Origin: the human T2T-CHM13v2.0 reference genome, Homo sapiens
Assembly (NCBI RefSeq): GCF_009914755.1
Contig: NC_060930.1
Strand: one strand, 5' to 3'
Length of the DNA stretch: 64,000 nt
The first letter of the stretch is position 1. Every line of letters starts with the position of its first letter. Positions 22,054 to 36,440 of the stretch are shown piece by piece. The translations under genes were made by a program, and so were the position numbers. The notes below the pieces were generated by a model. It saw only the letters and a program-made list of their open reading frames with translations, had not been told where the DNA came from and searched no databases.

Positions 22054-22772
22054 TCACAATGGATTCCCCTTTGTTTTAGAACAATTTGAAGTATATTTAA
22101 TTTGCAAGCCTGCTGGAACAGAACAGTGCTTGGCAAACAAATACTGCCAAAGTTTCAGAATTCATATATAACTCAAATATTAGCCCTATGCAAATATGTT
22201 TGTTTATTGCAATTATATAGACAATATTTATAGCTCAATCCTTCATTTTAAATATATTTGTCTAGATTTAGAGATGCAGGTCAAATTCTGGACTTTCTCT
22301 TCCTAAGGAAGAGGCTGATATGGGATATATCAAAGTGAAAGTCAACGTTTGCTTTATGGCTCAGAGACTGAAAAAAAATTGTTATTAAAATATTCTCATT
22401 TTGTTGGGCTTAATCTATTTTTCCTTATTACATAGTATTTGAAGCAGTCAGTTGTCCTATTTGTGGTTGTTGATTACATTTTAAAAGTAATAATACTGAG
22501 AAAATTTCTATATGACCAAATACTCTCAAAATTAAAGCACTTTATTGATAGGATAAATTGTATAAAATAAGTAATCAAACATTGTAAGTTTATAGTTTTT
22601 GCTGAGACACTAGTAAAGACAAAACAAACAAATAAGCAAACAAAATAATATGAGTATAATATGCTGACCTCTCAGCAAACTTCTCCACTGATGTCAGATG
22701 GATATGAGACATAAAACGTGACTGAACCTTTATTACTCGTATTATTTTAAAGCAGAAGAAATGACCCCATCA

Positions 22773-23065
<293 letters not shown>

Positions 23066-23670
23066 AAAAATACATTCTAAATAATTCACCACTGGGATGT
23101 AAGAATCACTTAACCAGAATTCCTTCTTTAATTTTGACATCCACATTAATAATGGCTAATGCTGATTAAAACTTGAGGATTAATTATGCTTCAATAAATG
23201 ATAAAAGCTACCTTTTAAGCCCAAATTCTGCAAATTTTTATAGCAAATATCAGATGTAATAAATATTTAGTAATTTCTGTGGACTTCTCAAAAGCAAATA
23301 TCTTAAGAGCACGCTTGTATATTTTGTGGGGCATTACTAATCCTTTTAAAAATATTTATTAAAAGGTAGTCACTGAAACTATATTTCATTTGACTTATCC
23401 TAAGAACCAAAATGCAATATACAGCCAAGAGATTTTCTATTCATGGTCATTAGTTATGAGTAGCCATCAAAGTCTGATTAATGTTACCTGGAGATGAAAG
23501 TGTCCATTGAGTGTCAATATTTATACAATTTAAAATTTTTTATTCATCTACATAATCTAGAAAATGTTAATAGAAGTTACAATTGGGTATGATATAATTG
23601 TTCTCATTCTAGAAAATACTTAAGTATTATGGGAGATAGGGACCCCAAATTCAAAATCACTGGCTGTCAT

Positions 23671-23962
23671 TGTTTTTTGTTTTTTGAAACACAGTCTCTG
23701 TCACCCAGGCTGGAGTGCAGTGGCACAATCTTGACTCACTTCAGCCTCAATATCCTGGGCTCAAATGATCCTCCCACCTCAGCTTTCCAAGCAGCTGAAA
23801 CTACAGGTGCATACCATGAAACCTGGTTAATTTTACATTTTTTTGTAGAGACAGGCTCTCACTATGTTGCCCAGGCTGCTCTCAAACTCCTGGGCTCGAG
23901 GGATTCTCCTGCCTCAGACTTCTAAGTGTTGGGATTACAGGCATGAGTCACCATGCCCAGCC
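23671..23962 (-). mobile_element. AluJ SINE
   Basis: Reverse Alu with CCTGGGCTCAAATGATCCTCCC. Confidence 0.9.
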
Positions 23963-26224
23963 AACTATAGACTTTTTAATCTTTCCTATTAAAAGAGAAA
24001 AGGATGTAAATTAAATGAACCATTAATTTATGTAAGTCTGGTAATCACTGAGAAATAATTTGGAAGCCCAAGAATTATGTGAGCACTTGATGAATTAATG
24101 TCTTCAGTTCTCTCTCTGAAGCATCAGGGAATCCCAGTGGTTCTGGTTATTCCCTTTCCTTACCCAGAGATCCAGGCAGTTTAGGGCCATGAGCCTAATG
24201 TTGAATAGAATGAGCCTTCCTCCCTGCGTTCATGCCTGCAGGAATTTATTAGCTCTGTATGTCCACATCTTTACTAGAAAGATTAAATCCTCATACTGTA
24301 CAACCACACTCTGTTCTATAGGTATACTCTTTCCCATTTTGATCCTCTCTCTCCTGCTTTCAGGAACTTTTATAGCAGTTTATTAGCAAATAGCAGCCAT
24401 ATCCACAGTGACTACTGTTGTGAACAGATCGCTTACCCCAGTTGTTTTCTCCTTAAGTGACTCCATGTGGGTACATGAAGTAATGTGCCATCAGTAGCAT
24501 CTTGGCTCATGGACCAACGTGTACATCTCGGCACACGCACCTGCTTTAATGTTATACTGAAGATGCAAACTGTGTCATTCTTTAAAATAAAAGAGCAAAG
24601 TATTTTTATTGTTCTTTTTCATCCTTTGCCTTTCCCTTCTTTTGATTCTCCCACATACACGTGTTTTCTCTAAGAAAAGAGGTCACCCACTGACCCTTTG
24701 ATTTATCTTATAATTCCTGACTGTGCTTCAAGGAATAATAAGCTTTTTCAAGAGGATAGTGGGAACATTTTTATCTTAGCAATTCATTACTATTTCTGAA
24801 GGAAAAAAAAACATAATGGGGTGATGGTTATATAGCATTACAGGTCTATCTGTCTCTTTTACTCATTTCTTTCTGGAAGTTCTAAAAGCAAAATTTTCTA
24901 CTGCTGGTAGAGAGAAAAAGATTGTGTGTGTAGTATAAAATAAGATGAAACAGTTAAGTAATTAAGAAAAACAACTACTTTTCATTTTCTTTTCACCTTC
25001 CCCACCCTTCACTAAGCATGTCCACACTAACCAACTCTGCTGAACACTCAAGAACATTTCCATAATGACCTCATTAGGCAGCAGTGCCAACACCTGATTA
25101 TGCTCTTTTATCTTGTCAACTAAGAGACATTTAGTTCTCGTGGAAAAAAAAACATTTGAAAAGATTTGACTTTTCCCTCTTAAAAATACCTCAATTATTT
25201 TAAAAATGGTGACACATTAGCAATTACAATCACTCTTCATGAATGGGATCCTGCCTGGCTTCTCTTTAGGAACATTAGCTGCCTCCACACTTCACTTGGC
25301 TGCTCCAACTGAGGTGGTTCTCCCACTGTCACATAGTCTGGTGATTTGTCTCTTTTCTAGGTGGTCTTGACAATTCAACAATGGTGACATGGGAAGGGGC
25401 TTGATGCTTTGAGAAGATGATCACACTCTTTGATACTGGTGAAATCCCACAGGGAAGAAAGTATATTTTATAGAAGCCTTTTTGTGAAGTAGGTGGTGTC
25501 TAAGAGTGAGATATTTGAAATAGTTTGATGCCCAGTTATCAGTATTTACTGGATGGTAATACGGATGCTAGCCACCCTGTAGAGTGTGGGACAACTTTAT
25601 AAAAGGAATAATGGTCCCATCAAAACGCCAAAAGTGCCCCTAATGAAACACCCTGAGTCTAGTGTATTTTGAGAAAGGAAGAATGTTGTTGTCTTAAATC
25701 CTCCCTGAGTTCCCTATCTGACAATTGCTCCTCTCTTTCATATGCAGCCCCTGTAGCTGCCAGTTCCCCCATGAGCAATAAGTCACTTAGCTTTTAGTTA
25801 GTTTCTTACACCCCTGACACAATCTCTTTTGGAGAATATTGCTCTCTCTCCATGGAAACCAACATGAGGACCAACTCCACCAAGTCTTTGTACTTTCCAC
25901 ATTCCACCATTCATGTCTTTATCTGATTCTGTGAAGATTTTGGCATAACCAAAGGGAATAGCATTGTAAATAGGAAAATAGTGAAAACTTTACATTAAAT
26001 ATAGCTTTCTCCATAGTTCAAGGGAAAAGAAAAAGTTCATGACCTTGCTAACCTGTTCTTAAGTCTGAAATGCTCCACTAGAATGTCCTCTTCTTTTAAT
26101 CTTTTCCATGTGAGTCCATTTTTCAGAAACTTTGTGCTATATTCAAGCATTTATCTTGCCCCAGGATCCATCACTGTTCTCAGTAGCACATTTTTTGAAG
26201 TCTGGGTAAGTCTGTGCAGAATAT

Positions 26225-26226
<2 letters not shown>

Positions 26227-26258
<32 letters not shown>
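26227..26258. repeat. (TG)16 microsatellite
   Basis: Read directly from the sequence. Confidence 0.97.
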
Positions 26259-26259
<1 letters not shown>

Positions 26260-26369
26260 ATGTAACACTATATATGTGTAACATATATGTGTGCCTGTAA
26301 CACTAGGTGGTTTACACACACACATTTACATCCACACACATAATGTTTCTCTAAGCAGCAGACAGAATT

Positions 26370-26910
26370 GTTTCCCAAATTATAAATTTAATCGTGTTGC
26401 TCAAACTCTCCAAAGATCACCTGTAGCATTTAGTTTAAAATGTGAAATCTTTTTGGCCACAAACTCTGAATCATCCACTTCGCTGTCCTCGTCTGTTGCT
26501 TCTCTGCCTGTGTAATCCTCTCCAGCCACTCTGGCCTCTTTGCTCTCTTGTTTCCATTTCAAGCCCTTTGCACTTGTTGTTTCTGCCTGGGATTCCCTTC
26601 TTTCTGATTTACATATCTAGTTCCCTTGCTTCTTTCAGGTCTCAAATGACGCACCTTCGAAAAGTGCTTCTTTGACCACCCATGGAACATAGCAGCAGCT
26701 CCTCTTCATATTTCCTTATCCTCTTACTCTGATAGAATATTCTTCATTGGTCTTATTTTAACTGACATTACATTAAATATTGATTAGAATGTAAACTCTG
26801 CAAGGGCGGGTATTTTGACTTTCCTGTTTACTGTCATACTCCTAAGGCCTAGTACAGTCTTTGGCACATACTAGGGGTTTAACTAAGACTCACTGAATGG
26901 ATGAATAAGT
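26370..26910 (+). mobile_element. L2 (L2a-like) 3' part
   Basis: CTCCAGCCACTCTGGCCTC...CCTTTGCACTTGTTG...TAGAATGTAAACTC...GGCACATA...TGAATGGATGAAT. Confidence 0.75.
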
Positions 26911-27879
26911 AAATGCAATAATGCATGAAAAAGCTCCGCTCCCCTTCTTTCCTTGCAGTAAATCCTTTTTTTTATAAGATAGTTGGATTTGGTTTCTCTT
27001 GTTTGAAGTTAATAATCCTGACTAATACAGAATTGAATTTTTTTTTTTTTTTTTTTTTACAAAATCCTTAACTTCTGAAGAAGAATCCAATGCAAGTCTA
27101 GTATTTGCCAATAGACCGAATTTGTCAGTTACTCTTGGCTGAACTCTCACTGTTTTTGGGCACTAGTTAAAAACCCTTCTCAGAAATACAGTTGAATAAT
27201 AGTGGATTCATAATTCCATTTTAGGTGTTTAGTAGACTTTCTCCTAATGTGGTTCTATGAACTGAAATGAGATCTTTCCCTAACTCTGCTCACTGACTTT
27301 CTGATACCTGAGTAAATGACATACACAACAACTTCAATCTATGAATGTTGTTATCACCTGTTCCTGACACCTTCACATAAATACTTTATGAGGACCAAGC
27401 AACCAAATATATCACCATAAATCATTTCACTCCTTCTCTCTTCCTGCCCCTTTATTTCTGGGTGTAGCCTCTGCGTGACAGTAGAAACAGAGGTTCTGAG
27501 GAAGAGAGAGGTGGAAGAGGGACTCTGGCATCCCAAGAAGCATCATTCACATGGCAGATGGTAACTTGCCCAGTTTTCTGATTGGTGTTGTTTGTGTGAC
27601 CTAGTAATTAAACAGTGGGGGGTAGTGAAGTTGTCTCACTCCCAGTTATCTTGTGGGTATTGCATGGGACCTCCATGTAGTTAGTTTTATCTGTAGTACA
27701 CTTAGAGGAAATTCCTCTCAAATTCTGCAGATCAACTGAATGCCATTTTTAGGTTGTAGTCTCAGAAATGTATACCAAATTCTTTTTGGGTCTTTACAAA
27801 TATTCCAGTGGATGTTTAGAGAGATCATGTCAGAACTTTAAACCAAAAACCCTAATAATTATCTCTATGCATTAGATTT

Positions 27880-27990
27880 CTTTTTTCTTTTGTTGATATA
27901 TAATATTTTATGTATTTATGGGGTACATATGAGTATTTTTTACATGCATAGGATATGTACTGATCAGTTAGGGTATTTGAGTACTTATCA
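27880..27990 (-). mobile_element. L1MA-type extreme 3' end fragment
   Basis: T-tail then TATTTATGGGGTACATATGAGTATTTT...TACATGCATAGGATATGTACTGATCA. Confidence 0.65.
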
Positions 27991-28080
27991 TTCTATCCAG
28001 TATTTGCCAATAGACAGAGTATGTCAGTTATTCTTGGCTAAGCTTTCTTTACCCATGCTGGATGCTTCCTGCCCTGGAAC

Positions 28081-29229
<1,149 letters not shown>

Positions 29230-30152
29230 CTTGCTAAGTTTTCATCTATTATTTCATTAAATAGATTTTCTAACACTTTTGTTCTCTCTTCATCTTTATA
29301 TAACACATTATATTTCAAATTGTTTTTTTCAGGGTCTTTATTAAAAAATGACATAAACATGCATATATAAACCAAACTAGCACTTGCACTTATACACTGC
29401 ATTTATTAATTATGTGATTCTCTAATTTGAGGGCATGGTCTCAAGCTTTGAGCCCTCACCATTGCCGATATTGGAATTCTGGTCTCCCTACCTTCGTTCC
29501 AAAATTTTCTAGGAAGGTAATAAATTATAATACTCACCAGTAAGTTGTCAAATATTCCTGCTGCCTTGAGGCCTTCCATTCTCTGTTGGTCCATTTTTTT
29601 CCAAAGATGACAGTGACTTTACTGTGACTTTCAGCATTTATCTGGAGCCTCATTCATGGCAGCCACAAATTTCACTATTCTCACTAGTGAATGCCCTTGA
29701 AATACTTTTATTTTCACTTATATTTCAGTTCTTTGAATGTGGAGGTCATGCCTTATATTTTGTTAGAAGTCTGTGGGTCACTCACAGACTCTGGTGTCCT
29801 GAACAGAGGACTTGATTCCTGTTGGTTGATTGATCACTATTAAGGCTCAGGTTGTCACATGTCAAGTGGCACGCACAGATTGGGATACTGAATTTCAACT
29901 CTACAAGCCACTAGAAAACTGTAGTGTAATAGAGAAGGATTTCTACGTGTATTACATTTTGTTGGCATTTTCTGTTTGTACTAAGCACTTTCTATGTGCT
30001 ATATCATTTAATTTAATATCATTCTATTTTTACTGACAGTAGAGTTCAGACTCAGAAGAAGTGATTACATGGCCACAAGAAATGCTTCTACATAAATTAC
30101 ATTCCAGAAGCTGAAAAAAATATTAGAGGATGTACATGTATGGGAAAAATTC

Positions 30153-30462
30153 TTTCTTTCTTCTTTTTTTTTTCCAGAGACAAGGTTTGACTCCATCACC
30201 CAGAATGGAGTGCAGTGGCTCAATCATAGCTCACTGTAACCTCAAACTCCTGGGCTCAAGAGAACTCTCTGCCTCAGCCCCCAAAGTAGTTAGGACTACA
30301 GGCATGTGCCACCACACCTGGCAATTTTTTTTTTTTTTTTTTGTAGACATGGGGTCTTTCTATGTTGCCCAGGCTGGTTGAGAACTACTGGTCCCAAGTA
30401 ATCCTCCCACCTTGGCCTCCCAAGGTGTTGGGATTACAGGCATCAGCCACTGCATCTGGCCT
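30153..30462 (-). mobile_element. AluJ SINE
   Basis: Diverged reverse Alu with an expanded T linker. Confidence 0.88.
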
Positions 30463-30932
30463 GAGAAATTCTTAAAGCATAATGAAGGCTAGGATAATCT
30501 GTCTGCTGGGGAGATAGCCTGGGCCTGAGACATAACTCAATAGAAACCTGGAGTTCTAGAACCATAGATTTCAATAGTAGGACCCTTAACTTAGAGGCAT
30601 ACTTTTGCAGCTTTTTTGTTATTTTCATTCTGAAGAAGCTATATCAGGGAATTTGAGCAATATCATAAGGGAATTTGAATTTTCTCCAATTACTTAGCAT
30701 TTTACATTGTTCATTATTAATCATGCTCAAGTTGGACATCAAAAGCTCTTATCAGAATAATGACCTCATTCCTGATTAAGGAAAACCATGTTTCCACTAC
30801 TAATTGAGACATTGTCCTCTAATTGCCCTGGTAAATAAAATATAACTAATCCTGTATGTTTAATTTAATTTTAGGAGTTTTCTCCTTAAAGCCCTGTAGT
30901 TCAACAATGTGAAGTCTCAGCATCCTATTAGT

Positions 30933-31448
30933 CTAGTACAATGTTGTCCAATGGGGAGATGTCAATCAAGGTATGAAGTTTTAGCTACATAGGATAAATA
31001 AGTTTTGGAGACCTAATATACAGCATACTGACTATTGTTAATAATGCTGTATTGCATACTTGAAGTTTGCTAGAAGAGTAGATCTTAAATGTTCTTGCCA
31101 TGCACATATGCAAACATCAGGTGATGTGATGTTAATCAGCTTCATAGTGGTAATCATTTTAAAATGTGTGCAAGTATCAAAACATCATGTTGTATACCTT
31201 AAATGTATACATGTCATATTTAATAACTATATCTCAATATAGCTGGAGGACATTTTCTGCAATAATGGATATATTCTATATGTGCTCTGTCCAATAGAGT
31301 AATAACTAGCCATATATTACTGTTGAGCACTTGAAATGTGGCTAATGAGACTGAGGAGTTGAAATTTAAGTTTAATTTTAATTAACTCAAATTTAATTTT
31401 AAATATCCTCATACGGCTACTAGCTAACATAATGGACAGTATAGCTCT
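30933..31448. mobile_element. MER3-like hAT element interrupted by an L1MA/MB 3' end (~30953-31245, + strand)
   Basis: TGTCCAAT...CACTTGAAATGTGGCTAATGAGACTGAGGA...TGGACAGTATAG flanks the L1 piece CTTGAAGTTTGCTAGAAGAGTAGATCTTAAATGTTC. Confidence 0.65.
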
Positions 31449-32659
31449 AGTGTTTAGCTGAAAAAAAAAATCAATTTCTGGTTAACTCTCAGTCTGCTCT
31501 TTCTACTAAATTCTTGTCTTCAAACAGAGCATTTTCCTCTGTACCCTGATGTGATTCCTTTCTCCTCTCACCTTATTCAGCTAACTTTCTCTGACCACTT
31601 GTTTCCTAGCATTTTTCAGCCATTACATGCTTGCTTCTAGCAGAAATTTCAAAATTGCTTCATTTAAAACATTTAATCATTTTCCCTACTTCCTCACATA
31701 TTTGGAAAACTAAAGATTGTGAAAGGTGTTTCTTTCATGTCCATTATTAATGCAAAGCAGTATTTCCCAAAGTATGGAGCATATGCTCCTGGTGGAATGA
31801 GAGACAATTTTAAGTGGCACAGTGCCAAGCATTTACATAATTATATTACTTATTTTTATTTTAATGGGTATTAGGAAAATGTGATTAGCATCTTAAAAGT
31901 GTAATTTCATGAATATTATTGCTTAACATGAAGCCAAAATAGGCATTTACATTTTAGAAAGTCATTTTAAACAATGTTAAGTAAGTAGTAGTACTATTGG
32001 TATACAGATAAAGCAAAATTTATTTCTTTATTTTATAGATAGCTAAACTCTAGGAAATGTAGTTGTTAAATAAACTTTTGTATCAGTTCTATCCCGTGCA
32101 CTTCCCACACATTCCCTGAGCTCTATCCACCCTTGCAAACATAGTGTGCATTGCTTCTCCATCAGGCCTTTGTGGATTTGGTTACTCTTGTCAGGAGTGC
32201 CCTTCTGCTCTTAACCGCTCGTTCTCCACCAGGTGAAATTCTCCACAGTTATCAAGGTCAAATCAAACCCTTGAAGAAGTTTTCTCTGTAACCTCTTCTT
32301 CCTCAACTCTTTCACAAAGTGAGTCACACTTACCTTTCTATTTTCATTGTATGTTATTTATTCTTCCCTTGTAACACTTATCATATGATGATTTAGTTGG
32401 TTGTTATAGATGTTTTGCTCACCAAATTGAGAATTCCTTCAAAGCAGAGATAGTCTTTTTTTCCCTAAGATATGTCTTATTTTATCCTAAAGCACAGATC
32501 ATAGGCTCCATTAATGATCTCTAACATCAACTTTATAAAGCAAACACATTATGAAAATATACATTTTTAATACATCTCAACCATAAGCTTTCATAAAGTA
32601 GTTGCTATGTATTGTGTATGGCAAAAGGCACTGAAGTCTAAATTATTTTAATACCTTTT

Positions 32660-33130
32660 ACACCCACGAAAGTGGCTACTATTAAAAAAGGGCTAAAATA
32701 ACAAGTGTTGCTGAAGATGTGGAGAAACTGGAACCCTTGAGCACTGCTGGTGGAAATGTAAAATGGTGCAGTTGGTATGTAAAACAGCATGGCAGTTCTG
32801 CAAAAAATTAAAAAGACAATTGCCACATGGCCCAGCAATCTCACTTCTGGGTATGTATCCAAAAGAACTAAAGGCAGAATGCCAAAGAGATATTTGCACA
32901 CACATGTTTATAGCAGCATTATCCACAATAGCCAAGGGGTGGAAGGAGCTTAAATGTCCATGAGTGGATGAATGAAGATAATGTGGTATATACATACAAT
33001 GGAATAGTATCCAGCCTTAAAGAGGAAGGAAACTCAGATAAATGTTATAACATGGATTAACCTTAAGAACATTATGCTAAGTAAAATAAGCCAGTCACAA
33101 AAAGACTGCATGATTTTACCTATATGAGGC
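32660..33130 (+). mobile_element. L1MB-type ORF2 end/3'UTR fragment
   Basis: ORF 32763-32963 (AWQF.KKL...[10 protein letters not shown]...CTHMFIAAL) is the L1 ORF2 C-terminus. Confidence 0.85.
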
Positions 33131-33131
33131 A

Positions 33132-33355
33132 GTCTTAGTCTGTTTTGTGTTGCTATAAAAGAATATCTGGGCTGGGTAATTTATTTTTTTTTAATGTTTA
33201 TTTGGCTCACAATTCTGGTGGCTGGAAAGTTCAAGATTGGGCATCTGCCTCTGGTGAGGGCCTCAGGATTCTTCAGCTCATTGTGGAAGGTGAAAAGGAG
33301 TTGGCATGTGCAGAGGACACATGGCTAGAGAGGAAGCAAGAGAGAGAGCAAGACA
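33132..33355 (-). mobile_element. MSTC/MLT1A-like MaLR LTR fragment
   Basis: TCTTAGTCTGTTTTGTGTTGCTATAA...GGCTCACAATTCTGGTGGCTGGAAAGTTCAAG. Confidence 0.7.
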
Positions 33356-35460
33356 TTGTCTTAACCACTTTTATATCTTAGAATCAATTACAGTACCTGG
33401 TTCATAGTAAATGCTTAAGAAATATTTGTCAAGAAACAAACTCATGTTTTAATTTAAACTTAATTATGTAAAGTCAATTTTTAAGCACTCCCACTCCCCA
33501 ACATTCATTACATTTTCAGACAGCCTTTGGCTGCACTATAGTAATAAATGCTCTGGGAAGCAAGTTACACTTAGTATTTACCAAAATAAAACAAATAAGG
33601 ATGTTAAATATATGAAGAAAAATCACAAAACTTTCCAAAGCTAAAACACAATGAATTTTTGAAATTACTTTCACCTCTGCCACTAAAGAGTTAATTTATT
33701 CAAATAATGCAGTCTAAAATACCATGCTTTATTTAAAAATGAAGACTTTTTTTGGCTTGAATTATGAAGCCTATTTATGCTGATTTCCTTCACCAAGTAA
33801 TTGGCTAACTCTCCTTTTCACTTTGTGTGGTTAGCTGCATTACAAATATCACATAGCTATTTACTATCAAGGTCAAACAATAAGAGAAATAGAAAGAACC
33901 TCTGAATACAATACATTTTCAATAAGCCTCTGTATATGAATGAGTCATTTACTTATGTCTAGAAAAACAGGCAAGACAGCAAAGAACAGTTTCTGTTTAA
34001 ATAAAAAGTTAACTGCATTGCTTTCTAGAAATCTCTTGGCCTATTTTAAAAGTGTATTCTGGCTTGAATAGGCAATATATTTCTTCAGGAGACATTTCCT
34101 CTCCTTTTAGCTTTTTATTTCCAACCTTAAATGAAGTCTAGTATATAAGGCCTGGTTCCAACTTTTTTTTTTTTTTTTTTTTTTACATTATCTGATTTTG
34201 AAAATGTGTAGGACAATTCCCTAAGTCAGTTTCTTCATTGTCAGTCAGTTATTTGACAGATACTTATTGCATGCCATGTACCGTACTAAGTGCTGGGAAA
34301 GAAGCTGCATGAGACAAGGTACTTTAGCTAAAGGAGCTTATAGCCTTCAGATAAATACATAGAAAAATTGATGTTATGTTTGGTGCACTTAGAGAAGGCT
34401 GTGGTTACACTGCTAAGGGCATCTAATTAGGCTATGGTGTCAAGAAAAACTTCCTGGAGGAGGTGATTCCTGAGGTGGTTTTTTAAAAACAACTAATAGA
34501 TGTCAGCTGAATCAGGAAAGGAGGGAGAGATATGTAGAATGAGCAACATGTGGGAATGCCCAAAGGCATGAAACAACACTACACAGTAGGGAAACTGAGC
34601 ATTCTGAGCAAAGGAAGTGCACACTAGGGAATAGGAAAAATGAGGCTGAAAGGGGTTGGCAAGTGGCCAGATCATGAATGAGCTTCCATTTAGCTATGGA
34701 ATTTGAACTTGGTCCTGTAAGCTGATGGAGCCATTGAAGGACTAACAGAAAGAAAGTGACAATGTAAGATTTGTGTTTCTGACAAAGCACTTTGGTGGGA
34801 GCCCAAATCAGAGGTCACTGCAGTGACCAGACTGAGACATGACAAGAACCTGGACAAGGCTTAGTGATGTGATAGGATAGGAGTGAATGAGAAGGGTTTT
34901 TTTAGGAGATAATACTTTAAGCCATGGTGACTGTGGGGTAACTGAGAAGGCACAGTTTGGGCATCTCCCAGCACTCTGTTTGAGCAACTGATTTGGGATT
35001 AATGTTATTCACTATGCCAGGTGCCACAGCAGGAGGAGGAGGTGAGTGGGAGGAGTTTGGGACATAGTGTTTCTGATATGTGTTTGGAAGTGTAGGGATT
35101 AGAATTATCAGACAGTTCAGAAAAAGAAATAGATTTTTAAAAATTTAAAAAGTTGATTAGAGAGAGCCATTGGAAGTAGCGAGTGACAGCTGAAGTCATA
35201 TAGGTGGATAAGATCACCTAGAGACCATGCATTGAAAGTAGAGGACCAAGTTTGAGGCTCTGGATAAAACCAACAGTTAAGGGGCATTTGAAAGAGAAGA
35301 AAGCCTGTAGATGAGACAGACAACCAAGGAGATAGGAGAAAACAAAGGAGATGTTCTTCCAGAAGCAGAAAGAATAGAGCAATCAGGAGAAGAATGTCAA
35401 CATTATCAAATATTCCCTGGAATATTCAGGTAAAATAAGAACAGAAAAAAAGTTAATTGG

Positions 35461-35948
35461 TGTGATGGCTAATTTTGTGAGTTGACTTTACTGGGCTAAG
35501 GGATGCTCACATAGCTGGTAAAACGTGATTTATGGGTGTGTCTGGAGAGATTTCTGTAAGAGGTTAATATTTATATCAGTAGACTCTGTAAAGAAGATCC
35601 ATCCTCACCAAAGTGGATGGGCATCATCCAATCTGTTGAAGGACTGAATGAAACAAAATGGTGAGAACATACAAGGTCCTGATTCTCAGGCCTTCAGCCT
35701 CAAACTGGGAGTTCCATCATCTGCTCTCCTGATTCTCATGCCATTGGACTCAGACTAAACTATACCACCAGCTTTCCTGGGTATCCAGCTTGTAGATGGC
35801 AGATCACGAAACTTCTTTGCCTCCATAATCAAGTAAATAACTTTATAAATGTAATTATAAATCAAATTATAAAGCCAATAATAAATCTCTTCTTATATTC
35901 TTCTGTATGTATTCTATTGGATCTGTTTCTCTGGAGAATTCTAATATA
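35461..35948 (+). mobile_element. MLT2B-like ERVL solo LTR
   Basis: TGTGATGGCTAATTTT...CTAATATA. 5-bp TSD ATTGG at 35456-35460 and 35949-35953. Confidence 0.85.
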
Positions 35949-36077
35949 ATTGGCTTTGGAAAATGCAAGAGATATGAAAGTTTTTGGTGACCTTAATGAA
36001 ATCCATTTCAGTGATGTATTGGGGCAAAAGCTGTCCTTCAGCAGATTACAGAGTGAATAGAGCAAAATGGAAATATA

Positions 36078-36358
36078 GGCTTGGTGCTGTGACTCATACC
36101 TGTATCCGAAGACTTTGGCAGGCCAAGGCAGGAGGATTTCTTGAACCCAAAAGTTTGAGACCAGCCTAGGCAACACAAGGGAACCTCATCTCCATAAAAA
36201 TATTTAAAAATTAGCCAGGTGTGGAGATGTGTGCCTATAGTCCCAGCTACTTGGGAGGCTGAGTTGGGAGGATCACTTGAGCCCGCAGGTCAAGGCTGCA
36301 GTGAGCTGTGATCATGTCGCTGCACTCTAGCCTTGGTGACAGAGTGAGACCCTGTCTC

Positions 36359-36362
<4 letters not shown>
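36078..36362 (+). mobile_element. AluJ SINE
   Basis: Diverged Alu whose tail is replaced by a microsatellite. Confidence 0.9.
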
Positions 36363-36431
<69 letters not shown>

Positions 36432-36440
36432 TGAGAGAGA
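36363..36440. repeat. (CA)26(GA)n compound microsatellite
   Basis: Read directly from the sequence. Confidence 0.95.

Noticed and set aside
24000-24540. Possibly ancient coding-like or repeat-derived segment
   Set aside because: I could not assign it to any family or reading frame from sequence alone.
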